Below, in pieces: positions 8,876 to 18,654 of a stretch of DNA of 64,000 nt. Numbering within the stretch: the first letter of the stretch is position 1; each line of letters starts with the position of its first letter. The DNA lies in contig CASCUT010000005.1 in NCBI GenBank assembly GCA_949155365.1, forward strand, positions 754 to 64,753, written 5' to 3'. The DNA comes from an uncultured Clostridia bacterium. GTDB lineage: Bacteria > Bacillota > Clostridia > TANB77 > CAG-508. The notes below the pieces were generated by a model, which ran no database searches, was not told the DNA's origin, and saw only the letters and a list, made by a program, of their open reading frames with translations. The position numbers were made by a program, and so were the translations under genes.

Positions 8876-10930
8876 CTATCTTACGTTTATTTTGTCAAGC
8901 ACTGCTTTTGTCTTATCAACTACATAATGGCTTCCACCCTTTTTCTCTACTTCTTCTACCATTGTCACAATAAGTAATTGTTTCTCTTCCTTTTCATCTG
9001 CAATAAAGGTATTATACCAACCAATCTCTTTTCCTTTCGTGTCTTCTTTTGATGTTTTTATTTCTGCCGTTCCTGTTTTCCCTGCTAATGTTATTCCCTC
9101 TATTTTGGCACTATGTGCTGTTCCATTTGGATTTTCTACTACTTGTATTAAGTCTTCCTTTAACGTATTGGCTACTTCATTACTCATTATTCTTTCTTTT
9201 TTTACCGTATTGTCTTTGTTTTCTTGATATTCTATGTTTGCTTCTACCATATTTCCTTCATTCACAAAGGACGAATATAACATTGCCATATGAATAGGAT
9301 TGACTAACATCTCTGCTTGTCCATAGCCACTATTGGCAAGTGCTGTTTCTGTACTAATCTTACCCGTATTAGAATAGCTTGACCTTACTGTGCCTACTGG
9401 TGTTTTTATTTCTTCATTAAAATGCATTTTTTGTAAGCTTTGTGCAAATGTTTCTGCTCCTATTTTTAGTGCTACTTTTGCAAAATAAATATTGTCCGAA
9501 TAAATTAACGCATTTTGTAAATTTGCTTTTTCTGGATAAGTAGATAAAGTCGTAATATAAAAATCTTTCCAAGTCTCGTCTTTTTGCCATCTTTTTCCGC
9601 TTGCTCCAAAATCTTCTTCTGTTGTAAATGCCTTTACATTTAACCCAATGGCTCCTGTTATTGGTTTAAACGATGAACCTGGTACATAACTTGCTAAAAA
9701 TCGATTATACATCGGTTTTCCTTCTGCTTGTGATAAGATATCCCATTTATGACTTGTCATTCCTAAGCTAAAATCATTTGAATCAAAGGTTGGTGTACTA
9801 ACTAATGCTAAGATTTCTCCTGTTTTTGGATTGATTACAATAGAAGCACTTTTATCTTCTTTATATTGTTCATATAATTCTCTTTGTAAGGTACTATCAA
9901 TCGTTAATTTAATATCTTCCCCATTTTTTGCTTCTGTTTTTGCTAATGTTTTTATTTTGTTTCCTTTCTCATCTATTATATAAATTTCCGCTCCATTTAT
10001 GGCTCTTAGTCTTTCTTCATATAATTTTTCTAATCCTGCTTTTCCAATGATACTTTGCTCTGTATACCCTTGTGTTTTCTTTTCTTGTAGTTCTTCTTGG
10101 TTTATTCCTTGGATATAACCAAGAAGGTGGGAAGTTGCTTCACCAAGTGGATAAATTCTTTCTTCTGTATCGATTATTTTAATTCCTTTTATTTCAAGTA
10201 ATTGATTTTTTAAGTTTTGCTCTGTTTTTCGTATGGTTCTTAATGGTACGAAGGTATCTTCTTTTACATAGGAAGCGTTCAAACTGGTTTGAATGGTATC
10301 TATCGATAAATCTAATAGATTTGCTACTTTTTGAATATCGTCTTGCTTTGTTTCAGAATTCATCTTCTTTGGGACAAAACCAATTTGAGACGCTGTCTGC
10401 TTTCCTGCCAAAATGGTTCCTTCTCGGTCTAACAGTTTTCCTCTATTGGCTTGTATGGTTTCTACTCTTATTTTCAAATTCTCTTTTAACTCTGGGAAAA
10501 TATCACAAGAAGACCATTCTAAACGATAGGTATTCTCTTCTTTTTTCAAATAACTTGTATTCGAAAAGTGGATTTCTCCTGCTATTGTTTGCATGGTAAC
10601 TTGATAAATTACTTCTGCTTTTTCTTGTTTTTTATTCGTTTTTACAATATTAATTTGTAAATCACTTATTTCTATTCCCTCATAAATATTTTGATTACGT
10701 GTTAAATACGTTTGTTTTTCTATTTTGCTTTGACTTTCTTTACTTAATAATCCATACATTCCCTCATAGTTTTTATCTAAAATATAAGCCATATATGTTT
10801 TTAAGGTTTCCTCTGGTTGATTGGTTGGTTCTTCCCAAAAATGATTGACTCCCATCCAAATTGCTATCGTTAGAAGTATGAGTACTAAAATTATCCATTT
10901 ATTTCCTTTTTTATTTTTCTTTTTTTTCAT
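8876..10930 (-). CDS. Class B penicillin-binding protein with MecA_N-like (NTF2) domain
   Basis: TM anchor, NTF2-like segment (LLSKESQ...RNQNIYEGI), RGKLLDREG, SxxK (GSSFK), SDN, KTGT. Confidence 0.9.
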   Translation of the reverse strand: MKKKKNKKGNKWIILVLILLTIAIWMGVNHFWEEPTNQPEETLKTYMAYILDKNYEGMYGLLSKESQSKIEKQTYLTRNQNIYEGIEISDLQINIVKTNKKQEKAEVIYQVTMQTIAGEIHFSNTSYLKKEENTYRLEWSSCDIFPELKENLKIRVETIQANRGKLLDREGTILAGKQTASQIGFVPKKMNSETKQDDIQKVANLLDLSIDTIQTSLNASYVKEDTFVPLRTIRKTEQNLKNQLLEIKGIKIIDTEERIYPLGEATSHLLGYIQGINQEELQEKKTQGYTEQSIIGKAGLEKLYEERLRAINGAEIYIIDEKGNKIKTLAKTEAKNGEDIKLTIDSTLQRELYEQYKEDKSASIVINPKTGEILALVSTPTFDSNDFSLGMTSHKWDILSQAEGKPMYNRFLASYVPGSSFKPITGAIGLNVKAFTTEEDFGASGKRWQKDETWKDFYITTLSTYPEKANLQNALIYSDNIYFAKVALKIGAETFAQSLQKMHFNEEIKTPVGTVRSSYSNTGKISTETALANSGYGQAEMLVNPIHMAMLYSSFVNEGNMVEANIEYQENKDNTVKKERIMSNEVANTLKEDLIQVVENPNGTAHSAKIEGITLAGKTGTAEIKTSKEDTKGKEIGWYNTFIADEKEEKQLLIVTMVEEVEKKGGSHYVVDKTKAVLDKINVR

Positions 10931-10986
10931 CCTTCTCTTCCCCTTTTTGGCATCATTTTATCATATACAATTGTTTTTTACAACCA

Positions 10987-11022
10987 AAAATCTCCAAACA
11001 GTTTTAGCTGTTTGGAGATTTT
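10987..11022 (-). terminator. Intrinsic terminator
   Basis: AAAATCTCCAAACAG-tttta g-CTGTTTGGAGATTTT hairpin after isochorismatase gene. Confidence 0.7.
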
Positions 11023-11054
11023 TCTCCTATCTTAACATTATAATTGAGCCATCT

Positions 11055-11582
11055 TTACCTTACTTCTATGTGGCACATTTGTAATACTTTTAAGGCATTT
11101 AAATGGCTTTCCGGTGTTACTCCTGCACAGCAAGACGAATCTACGATAATTACTTTCTCCGGTAACTTTGCTTTGACTATCATTGCATTGGTTATTACAC
11201 AAATATCTGTGCATAAGCCAACAATTTCAATCACTTCTACTTCCTCTAATGTTTCCAGATACTCTGCCAGTTCTATTGAACCAAATGTAGGCTTATCGAT
11301 GATCTTATCGTCAGCGGTATCAATTTCAGAAGTAATCTCCCACCCTTTTGTGTTTTTCAAGCAGTGTTTCACTGGCAATTTCTTTCCTTCCATCGTCTCA
11401 AGATAATTCTGACCATGAGTATCTCTTGTAAATATGATAATTCCGCCATTCTGCCTGTACATTTCGATTTTTTTCTTCACATTTTCAACAATAGCTACTG
11501 CTTCTTTTGTACCGAGTGCCCCATCAATAAAATCATTCTGCATATCAATTACTAAAAGCACCCTTTTACTAAAATTTCCCAT
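11055..11582 (-). CDS. Isochorismatase/nicotinamidase-family cysteine hydrolase
   Basis: LLVIDMQNDFIDGALG, TRDTH, HC, GLCTDICV. Confidence 0.92.
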   Translation of the reverse strand: MGNFSKRVLLVIDMQNDFIDGALGTKEAVAIVENVKKKIEMYRQNGGIIIFTRDTHGQNYLETMEGKKLPVKHCLKNTKGWEITSEIDTADDKIIDKPTFGSIELAEYLETLEEVEVIEIVGLCTDICVITNAMIVKAKLPEKVIIVDSSCCAGVTPESHLNALKVLQMCHIEVR

Positions 11583-11787
11583 ACTGTCATTCCTCCTTGT
11601 GTTGTGTTTGGTTGTTAACCTACTTCATTAAAATAGGTTGGTGTAAAACAAATTACTTTTTCATCTTGTTCTGTCAAAATTATGTACTTTCTGTACACAT
11701 TTAAACGGATATCTCCTAAAAAATATTTGTTTTCGTATTTTGCGAAAAAATACTATTCTTCCACAGCATACACAAAAACATGTATAA

Positions 11788-11816
11788 AGTATATCATATT
11801 TTACATAATTTTGCAA
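11788..11816 (-). promoter_or_regulatory. SigA-type promoter with TTATGTAAA spacer motif
   Basis: TTGCAA-17 nt-TATACT. Confidence 0.6.
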
Positions 11817-11885
11817 CAGTTTTAATCATTTTTTAATAAGTAGCTATCGTTATTCCTATTTTTTCATTCTCCTAAGCTTTTTATT

Positions 11886-12173
11886 CTATATTGTGTAGTT
11901 GTTATTATCATAATTTTGTGTGTAAATTCCATTAAGCTCTGTTCCATCTTCTAATCGAATGATTGCTTTATTATCTTTTAAAGTGACTTTCATTCCATTG
12001 GATGAAATCCATACATTTTCAAATAAATAGGGCGTTTCCAAAACCAATGCCATACAAGCAACAATTGGTAGTATCACTCTACAAGCTAAAATAAAACTTT
12101 TTGATTTTTTAAATTTTGTTACTATCTTTTCTTTTACTTTTGGAAGAAAGATTATCGCTGTTATCAGCCACAT
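11886..12173 (-). pseudogene. Probable remnant of a membrane/exported protein gene
   Basis: No RBS, starts mid-hydrophobic segment immediately after the ferredoxin stop. Confidence 0.4.
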
Positions 12174-12189
12174 AATCGGTGTTATATTT

Positions 12190-12378
12190 TTATTGCAATA
12201 CTAATGCCTTTTTAGGGCAAAAATTAGAGCATTTACCACACTTTATACATTTTTCTTCATTTATTTTTGGTGCTTCAAACTCTTTTTGTGTTAATGCTCC
12301 TACTGGACAAACATTTACTGCTGGACATTTATGATTTTGAGGACAATTTTCTGTTATAATTTCTAATTTTCTTTCCAT
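12190..12378 (-). CDS. 4Fe-4S ferredoxin-like protein
   Basis: CPQNHKCPAVNVCPVGA and CIKCGKCSNFCP. Confidence 0.88.
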   Translation of the reverse strand: MERKLEIITENCPQNHKCPAVNVCPVGALTQKEFEAPKINEEKCIKCGKCSNFCPKKALVLQ

Positions 12379-12583
12379 ATTATCTGTTTCTCTCGCTCCT
12401 TTTTATACTATTTATCTATTAAAAGAATATCATAATTTCCTGTGTTTTTCAACTTTTTTACCTTCTACCAAGGTCATTTTATAAAGCATTACCCTTTTGT
12501 AATATTTATATCATGCTTGCAAATATCCCTACCATTTCAAACTCCTTGAGAATTATCTTTCTCAAGGAGCTTTCTTTCTTATT

Positions 12584-12823
12584 TTACCAATCTGCATATT
12601 GAAACATGACACATTCATCTAGTGGTTCATCTCCGCAATCATAACATCTTCCTGTACAATCACTCCCATGTCCGCCTTCTCTATTTTCACAAGAAAAGCA
12701 CTTACATTCTCCACAATTTTCGCAAGCTTCCTCTTCCTCTATTTTGCGGATTGAGTTCGCTTTAACAGTAATATAGCTTTTTTGCATTGCACTTAAACAT
12801 TTTTCTGTTTCATAAATGGTCAT
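12584..12823 (-). CDS. Small Cys-rich hypothetical protein
   Basis: AGAAAG/AAAGGAG RBS; CENCGECKCFSC...CTGRCYDC...EC. Confidence 0.6.
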   Translation of the reverse strand: MTIYETEKCLSAMQKSYITVKANSIRKIEEEEACENCGECKCFSCENREGGHGSDCTGRCYDCGDEPLDECVMFQYADW

Positions 12824-12943
12824 CTTTCTTTCTCCTTTCCTATTAATGGGTTATCTACATGTTACTTCAGTCAAGTTCTATAAGGAGATAATAAAATACA
12901 CTATTTGGATATATTTTAGCATGTCTTTATTCAAAACACAATC

Positions 12944-13366
12944 TTATATGGAGATTTTTTCGTGCGTCCCAGAAATCTCTTCTAGAACTTGTTTAAACAT
13001 TTCTTTCCAATTATCGAATGTTAGTATCTTTAAGGCTTCCTCAAAGTCACACCATTTTATATCTTCAATTTCACTTTCTTGTCTTTTTAAGTTTTCTGTT
13101 TTTGGAGTGGCTACATACAATACTGTTGTTTTGTCTATTTCATCTTTCATTATGTAATTCAGAAGATATCTCTTTTTTCTATCGATTTCCACTTCTAATC
13201 CTACTTCTTCTTTTACTTCTCTTAGCGCTGTTTCTATCTCGTTTTCTCCTTCTTCCATATGTCCTTTGGGAAATCCCCAAAAATTTCTATTTTTTTCATA
13301 CACTAATAATACTTTTTTATCTTTGATAATAATGCAACCACAACTTTTTTCTTTTCTTAATTTCAT
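12944..13366 (-). CDS. NUDIX hydrolase (Ap4A hydrolase-like)
   Basis: EKSCG, WGFPKGHMEEGENEIETALREVKEEVG Nudix box; last residues encoded by a REP copy (12950-12979). Confidence 0.9.
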   Translation of the reverse strand: MKLRKEKSCGCIIIKDKKVLLVYEKNRNFWGFPKGHMEEGENEIETALREVKEEVGLEVEIDRKKRYLLNYIMKDEIDKTTVLYVATPKTENLKRQESEIEDIKWCDFEEALKILTFDNWKEMFKQVLEEISGTHEKISI

Positions 13367-13386
13367 AATATTCCCTCATTCTTTTT

Positions 13387-13466
13387 GAGATTTTTGGGAC
13401 GTACGAAAAAATCTCTCTTTTTGGGGAAGATTTTTTCGTACGTCCCAAAAATCTTCCAAAAATCTT
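13387..13466. repeat. REP-like inverted pair (family B, AGATTTTTGGGACGTACGAAAAAATCT)
   Basis: Two inverted copies plus a partial; related copies at 12950-12979, 18647-18675, 51042-51137, 54403-54474. Confidence 0.8.
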
Positions 13467-13470
13467 CTCT

Positions 13471-14268
13471 TTAATTTATTTTGGTAATGATAAATAGTTT
13501 TTCTGAATTAATGCTATATTCTGCTATTTTTCCATCTGGCAATTCTCCATTGTAAACTACCCAATATTCTATATCGTGATAATTCCATTGTCCTGTTTTT
13601 TCATAGGTTCTTAAAGTAATTTTTCTATCTTCTTCTCTTGCGTATTCATCTCTTGTTGTATCCATTACCAAATAGATTTTATTATTTTTTGCATCATATA
13701 ATATATCTATTAAAATCAAATCTCCTTCTATTGTTGATTCTACTACTCTTATAAAAGCGGTTTCTTTTTTATGATATTTATCCATAAATTCATTATATAG
13801 GTGGTCGTTATGAACCGTTGTTCCAACTACAAAACAATTATCCTTTTGCACTTGCTCTGCTGAGTAATCTTTTGGTAGTTCTCTTATATCTTTATTTTTC
13901 AATATCTTTTGAGCATAAAAACTATCTAAATCTACAATTTCTTTTGGTTCCTCATAGATTTCTTTATATTCTTCTTCCAATCCAAACATTCCTTGTCCAA
14001 AGTGAATTGGAAGATATTTTGGTCCAATTAAAAAGGTATATATTTTATCCTTCTCATCTTTAAAGGTAATGGTATAATCTCCCAAAGCTGAATTCCACTC
14101 TATATTGCTATATTCTAATTTTATTTTAGGAAAGTGCTCTTTTAAATAATTGCTTGCATAAACTTTTGCTATCTGTCTTGGTATTATTCCACTAATCCAT
14201 AGAAGGACAATGATGAATAGAATTAAAGCAATTACTACTAAAATTATATTTGTTTTTTTACTTTTCAT
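13471..14268 (-). CDS. Membrane-anchored hypothetical protein (C-terminal DUF4362-like)
   Basis: N-terminal TM; IRVVESTIEGDLILIDILYD...DTTRDEY motif. Confidence 0.7.
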   Translation of the reverse strand: MKSKKTNIILVVIALILFIIVLLWISGIIPRQIAKVYASNYLKEHFPKIKLEYSNIEWNSALGDYTITFKDEKDKIYTFLIGPKYLPIHFGQGMFGLEEEYKEIYEEPKEIVDLDSFYAQKILKNKDIRELPKDYSAEQVQKDNCFVVGTTVHNDHLYNEFMDKYHKKETAFIRVVESTIEGDLILIDILYDAKNNKIYLVMDTTRDEYAREEDRKITLRTYEKTGQWNYHDIEYWVVYNGELPDGKIAEYSINSEKLFIITKIN

Positions 14269-14318
14269 TTTCGATTACCTCCTTATTGATAATTCAAGAA
14301 TGTCTATCTAACATTTTC

Positions 14319-15361
14319 TTATAAAATTTCTGCTTCTTGATAGGATACTTTTCCATTTGAATCTATGGTAAATGCTATTTTAATTGTTTGGCATTCCTGA
14401 CTAAATAAAAGAAATTCATATTCTCCGTTTTTCCAATTTTCCATAGAGTGAAGCCCAATTGAATTTTCTTACTTCTACTGTACTCGTTTCCCCATTTTTG
14501 CTATATGGTAAGTCATGGATAGACGTTTCTTCTGTCTCTTCACTTGAGATATTAGCAATTTTCTTTACTTCTTCCCAGTTGTATTCAGAACCTGTTCCGT
14601 GTATAGCCCGCAGTTGAATTTTTTGTGTCTTCTCCTATTTTATATCCTACACCAGTGTATTCCTTATTTTTTACTTTTTGTTTAATTTCATAATGATGGG
14701 CATATTGGTATGGTAGTTCATTTGTGTCTGTTATGGTTAATGTTATTCCTGTATTAGTAAATTCTGATATTGCAACTGTAACATTTTGATAGGAACTGTA
14801 GCAATATCTTAGTATTTGTTCTGGAATTTTTTTGTCACTTTTTTCCTTTACTATTTCTATCTTTTCTACATTTCCTATTTGTGCTGGATATGTTGTCAAT
14901 ATAATTCCATCAAAATGAATTGCAATTTCTTGTCCTTGTTTAAATTCCATATTCGATTCGTTTTTCAGGCTAATTAACTCGTCTTCTAATCCCATTACCA
15001 TCAAGAATTTATCATTTGCTTTTACGACAACTGCTTTCATAATTGCTTTTTCCTCTTGAAGTAATTCTATCTCTTCGTTAAAATCCTCGTAGTCCATAAA
15101 CCATGTTCCAATCTTTATTTCATCATAATAATGCATTTCATTACTGTTTGGGCTAGATTCCAATATTTTATGAAAATCAATTACTTTATAACCAAATCCA
15201 TAATATACTTTCGTTCCACCATCTCTATAATTGGCTACCTTAATACAAAATAATGGTTTTTCTTGTTTCTGTACTCTTATGTAATCAATGATAAAAAATA
15301 CAAGTGCTATTATTATAAATGCTTCTAGTACTACTAGTGCAATCTTTTTCCCTTTTTTCAT
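14319..15361 (-). CDS. Membrane-anchored protein with C-terminal Ig-like domain; two +1 shifts at CGG 14599-14597 and 14427-14425, 346 aa
   Basis: DGGTKVYYGFGYKVI N-domain; shifted frames give GTGSEYNWEEVK...FNWASLYGKLEK-[C]GEYEFLLF...EAEIL*, filling an otherwise empty gap of about 300 nt. Confidence 0.75.
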
Positions 15362-15485
15362 TTTATCACCTTTTTTACCTTTCTACTATTTAGACTCTTC
15401 TTTTGTAATGATTTGTTGGTTTTTTTGTATTTTTTTATTGACTGACATTTTTATTTATTTCTTATCCTAAAAAGATTCCTATTTT

Positions 15486-16652
15486 CTATTCCCAATTTTC
15501 TTCTAACTTATCTTTTTTGATAAAGCTTGCATATAATAAAATTGGTGTTATCAAGGTTACTAATAAGACAGTTATAATGACAATGGAAAATATTTCTTCA
15601 TTGATTAAGCCTATTTTTTTAGCTTCATCTGCCATAATAAGTGCCACTTCTCCTCTTGTTGCCATTCCAATTCCAATTTGTAATGCTTTTTCTTTATGAT
15701 AACCACATAGTTTTGCTCCTAGTCCATTTCCTATAATTTTACTTATAATAGTAACTGCTGTAAATATTAAAATAAAAATCCATACTGATAAACTAAAATT
15801 AATTCTTCCTAATTTCAATCCTACACTTGCAAAAAAGATAGGAGAAAAAATCATATGGACTACTAAGTCGATTTTATTCTTTACTTTTCTTCCTTTTTCC
15901 GTGTTTCCTATTACTAACCCTGCAATATACGCACCAATGATACCACTTACTCCCAACCTTTCTGCAATATAAGCTAATATTAATGCAAATGCGATTGAGT
16001 ATGTAGGCATTTGGTCTGATTTAGTATCTTTTTCTTCTATTTTTTCAAATACTTTGAATAATAATAATCCTAGTATAATTGCCATTCCAAAAAATAATAT
16101 TATTTTTAATACCATTAATGCAAATGTTGTTAGTTGTAAATTTCCACTATTCATAATGATAGTTAAAAACAGAATTCCTATCACATCATCTACCACACCT
16201 GCTCCTAGAATTGCTAGTCCTACATTGGATTTAATTTTTTTCATTTCAATTAATGTCTCTACCGTTATACTAACTGATGTTGCGGTTATGACGGCTCCAA
16301 AAAATAAATTTGTTTTTAAATCCTGTACATATAATAGACTAAATAACGTTCCTAATATTAATGGTACAATTACTCCTGTCGTGGCAATTACTACATATTT
16401 ATTACGATTCGATATAAATTTTTTGATACTTGTTTCCATTCCTGCCAAAAACATAATTAAGATAATACCAAATTTGGATAATGCCTCTAGTATGGTACTA
16501 TTTTGTACTATATTTAACATAGCAGGACCTAGTACAATTCCCGCTATTAAGCCACCTAGTACTTTTGGCATTTTGATTTTTTGTGTTATGATAGTAAAAA
16601 TTTTTACAATTAATATAATAAGTCCAATCTCTAACAAATATTTATATTCCAT
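15486..16652 (-). CDS. Cation:proton antiporter (CPA2 family)
   Basis: GLIAGIVLGP, FLAGMET, TATSVSITV, GAGVVDDVIG, RGEVALI. Confidence 0.92.
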   Translation of the reverse strand: MEYKYLLEIGLIILIVKIFTIITQKIKMPKVLGGLIAGIVLGPAMLNIVQNSTILEALSKFGIILIMFLAGMETSIKKFISNRNKYVVIATTGVIVPLILGTLFSLLYVQDLKTNLFFGAVITATSVSITVETLIEMKKIKSNVGLAILGAGVVDDVIGILFLTIIMNSGNLQLTTFALMVLKIILFFGMAIILGLLLFKVFEKIEEKDTKSDQMPTYSIAFALILAYIAERLGVSGIIGAYIAGLVIGNTEKGRKVKNKIDLVVHMIFSPIFFASVGLKLGRINFSLSVWIFILIFTAVTIISKIIGNGLGAKLCGYHKEKALQIGIGMATRGEVALIMADEAKKIGLINEEIFSIVIITVLLVTLITPILLYASFIKKDKLEENWE

Positions 16653-16822
16653 TTCAACACCCTCATTTTTTCTTTTGACTAATTGCATTTATCGTAGCAT
16701 AAAAGCAGATAATTTTCAATCCATTATCTGCTTTATTTTTATTTTTCTCACTTTCCCTATCCTAAAAATAGGTGTATGCAATAATCTGTTTGTTTTGAAA
16801 AATATAGAATGCAAAATTCCCT

Positions 16823-17843
16823 CTACACAAAGCTTTCCCAACTATTCTGTGGAAAAATTAAACATATTTCCGTTCCCTCTCCTTCTGCTGATTCTAGTTC
16901 AATTCCCATTCCTAATTTATTGCATAATTTCTTACATAAATATAATCCTATCCCAGTTGATTTTTTGCTTAATAACCTTCCATTAGTTCCTGTAAATCCC
17001 TTTTCAAATACTCGAGTAATTTCCCCTTTTTTCATTCCAATTCCATTATCTTTTATGAATAACATTACTTTTTCTTTTCCTGACTTTGCATATATCTCAA
17101 TTTGTGAATTTCTATCTTGATTTCTATATTTAACACTATTTTGAATTATTTGGTTCAAAATGAAGACCACCCATTTATTATCTGTTCTGACTTCTAGGTC
17201 TATCTCATGAATGTTGATTGCTATTTTCTCTTGGATTAGTGCATTTTTATTTTTCTTGATGCTTTCATTTACCATTTCTTTTAATGGTACTTTTTTTATA
17301 AAATAATCCTTTTCTACAGTATTGCTTCTTGCATAAAATAAGGCTTGCTCTATATAGTTTTCCACCTTTTCTAATTCTTCTTCTATTTTTTTGGTTGTTT
17401 TATTTTTATTATTTTCAATAATCATTTTACTAGTAGCAATTGGCAATTTTATCTCGTGAATCCATAGTTCTATATATTCTTTATAGTCTTCTCCGCATAT
17501 ATTTATATTCATTTACACGTTCTAACATTGCTTTATTAATTTCTTCTAACACCTTTTTTAAGATTTTTCCTTCTGTAAAATCTGGAGAAGCAATAATTTC
17601 TGTAATCAAATATTTCTCTTCTAACTCATCTAATATACGAATTAAATGTTGATAAAAATTTCTTTTGACAATATATTCTACACCAAGTCCGATTCCATAT
17701 AAACCTAATATCACAATAGGAATGTATAATTTTATAAACTCTCCAAATGGATAAACTAGTAATATGATTTCTATACTTGCAATTGCAACCAATAGTAAAG
17801 TAGTTGTTATCCATTTGTCTTTCAAAAAACTCCCTATCTTCAT
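16823..17843 (-). CDS. BceS/GraS-like sensor histidine kinase; +1 shift at CGG 17495-17493, 339 aa
   Basis: Two TMs in the upstream ORF; WIHEIKLP H-box, NSVKY, DNGIG, FEKGFTG, STGIGLYL in the downstream ORF; joined by ATG C GGA GAA GAC. Confidence 0.88.
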
Positions 17844-17844
17844 T

Positions 17845-18525
17845 TTAATTTTCTCCCTTTAATAAATATCCTTGTCCTCTTCTTGTTTCAATCAACTCTT
17901 TCAAGTCTAATTCTTCTAATTTTGTTCTTAATCTGGTAATATTAACACTAAGAGTATTATCATCAATAAAACTTTCACTTTCCCATAAATAGTCCATAAT
18001 ATCTTCTCTGGAAATAATTTTTCCTCTATTTTGTGTTAGATATTTCAAAATTTTATATTCATTCTTCGTTAATTCTATTACTTTACCATTTTTCTCTATA
18101 CTACTATTTTCCAAATTTAGGATAAAATCTTTTGCATCTATTTTATCTTTAGGATCTGCTAATGAATGGGTTCTCCTTAAAAGAGAGCTTATTCTAGCAA
18201 GTAATATCTGGATGTTAAAAGGTTTTGTAATATAATGATCTGCCCCATAATTAATCGAGATAAGTTCGTCTAATTCCGTATCTCTACTAGTTACTATTAT
18301 AATAGGTACATTTGATTTCTTTCTAACTTCTTTACATACATATTGACCATCGCTACCAGGTAAGTTAATGTCTAATAAAATCAAATGTGGATTTGCTTCT
18401 AAAATATCTTCTATTGTATTGTCAAATGTTTTTAGCGTTTCTACTTGATATCCATTATGATTCAAAAATATCTCTAGTTCATCTCTTAACTTGTCATCAT
18501 CTTCTACGATTAGTATTTTCTGCAT
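17845..18525 (-). CDS. OmpR-family response regulator (BceR/GraR-like)
   Basis: ILIVEDD, LLDINLP, GADHYITKPF, DDNTLSVNITRLR. Confidence 0.93.
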   Translation of the reverse strand: MQKILIVEDDDKLRDELEIFLNHNGYQVETLKTFDNTIEDILEANPHLILLDINLPGSDGQYVCKEVRKKSNVPIIIVTSRDTELDELISINYGADHYITKPFNIQILLARISSLLRRTHSLADPKDKIDAKDFILNLENSSIEKNGKVIELTKNEYKILKYLTQNRGKIISREDIMDYLWESESFIDDNTLSVNITRLRTKLEELDLKELIETRRGQGYLLKGEN

Positions 18526-18571
18526 CTATTATCCCTCCTTTGTTTATTATATCACACTTTCTTTTTGATGT

Positions 18572-18594
18572 ATCTTACATTTTCGTAAGATTTT
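18572..18594. promoter_or_regulatory. Putative response-regulator operator ATCTTAC-N6-GTAAGAT
   Basis: Perfect inverted repeat about 20 nt upstream of a TATAAT (18551-18546); near-identical copy at 24051-24070. Confidence 0.55.
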
Positions 18595-18654
18595 CTAAAA
18601 TGAAATACCCCCACTATTAAACTTTTCATTTAATAAGTGGGGGAACGTAGATTT

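Noticed and set aside
14425-14599. Homopolymer or methylation-motif sequencing error as the general cause
   Set aside because: Most sites are not in homopolymers, flanks share nothing beyond CGGW, and all are codon-phased on the coding strand. This is disfavoured but not excluded without reads, since GG in AT-rich genes is biased toward Gly codons.
16054-16986. 310-aa plus-strand ORF and the many other short antisense ORFs
   Set aside because: These are shadows of well-supported opposite-strand genes, with no motifs or RBS.
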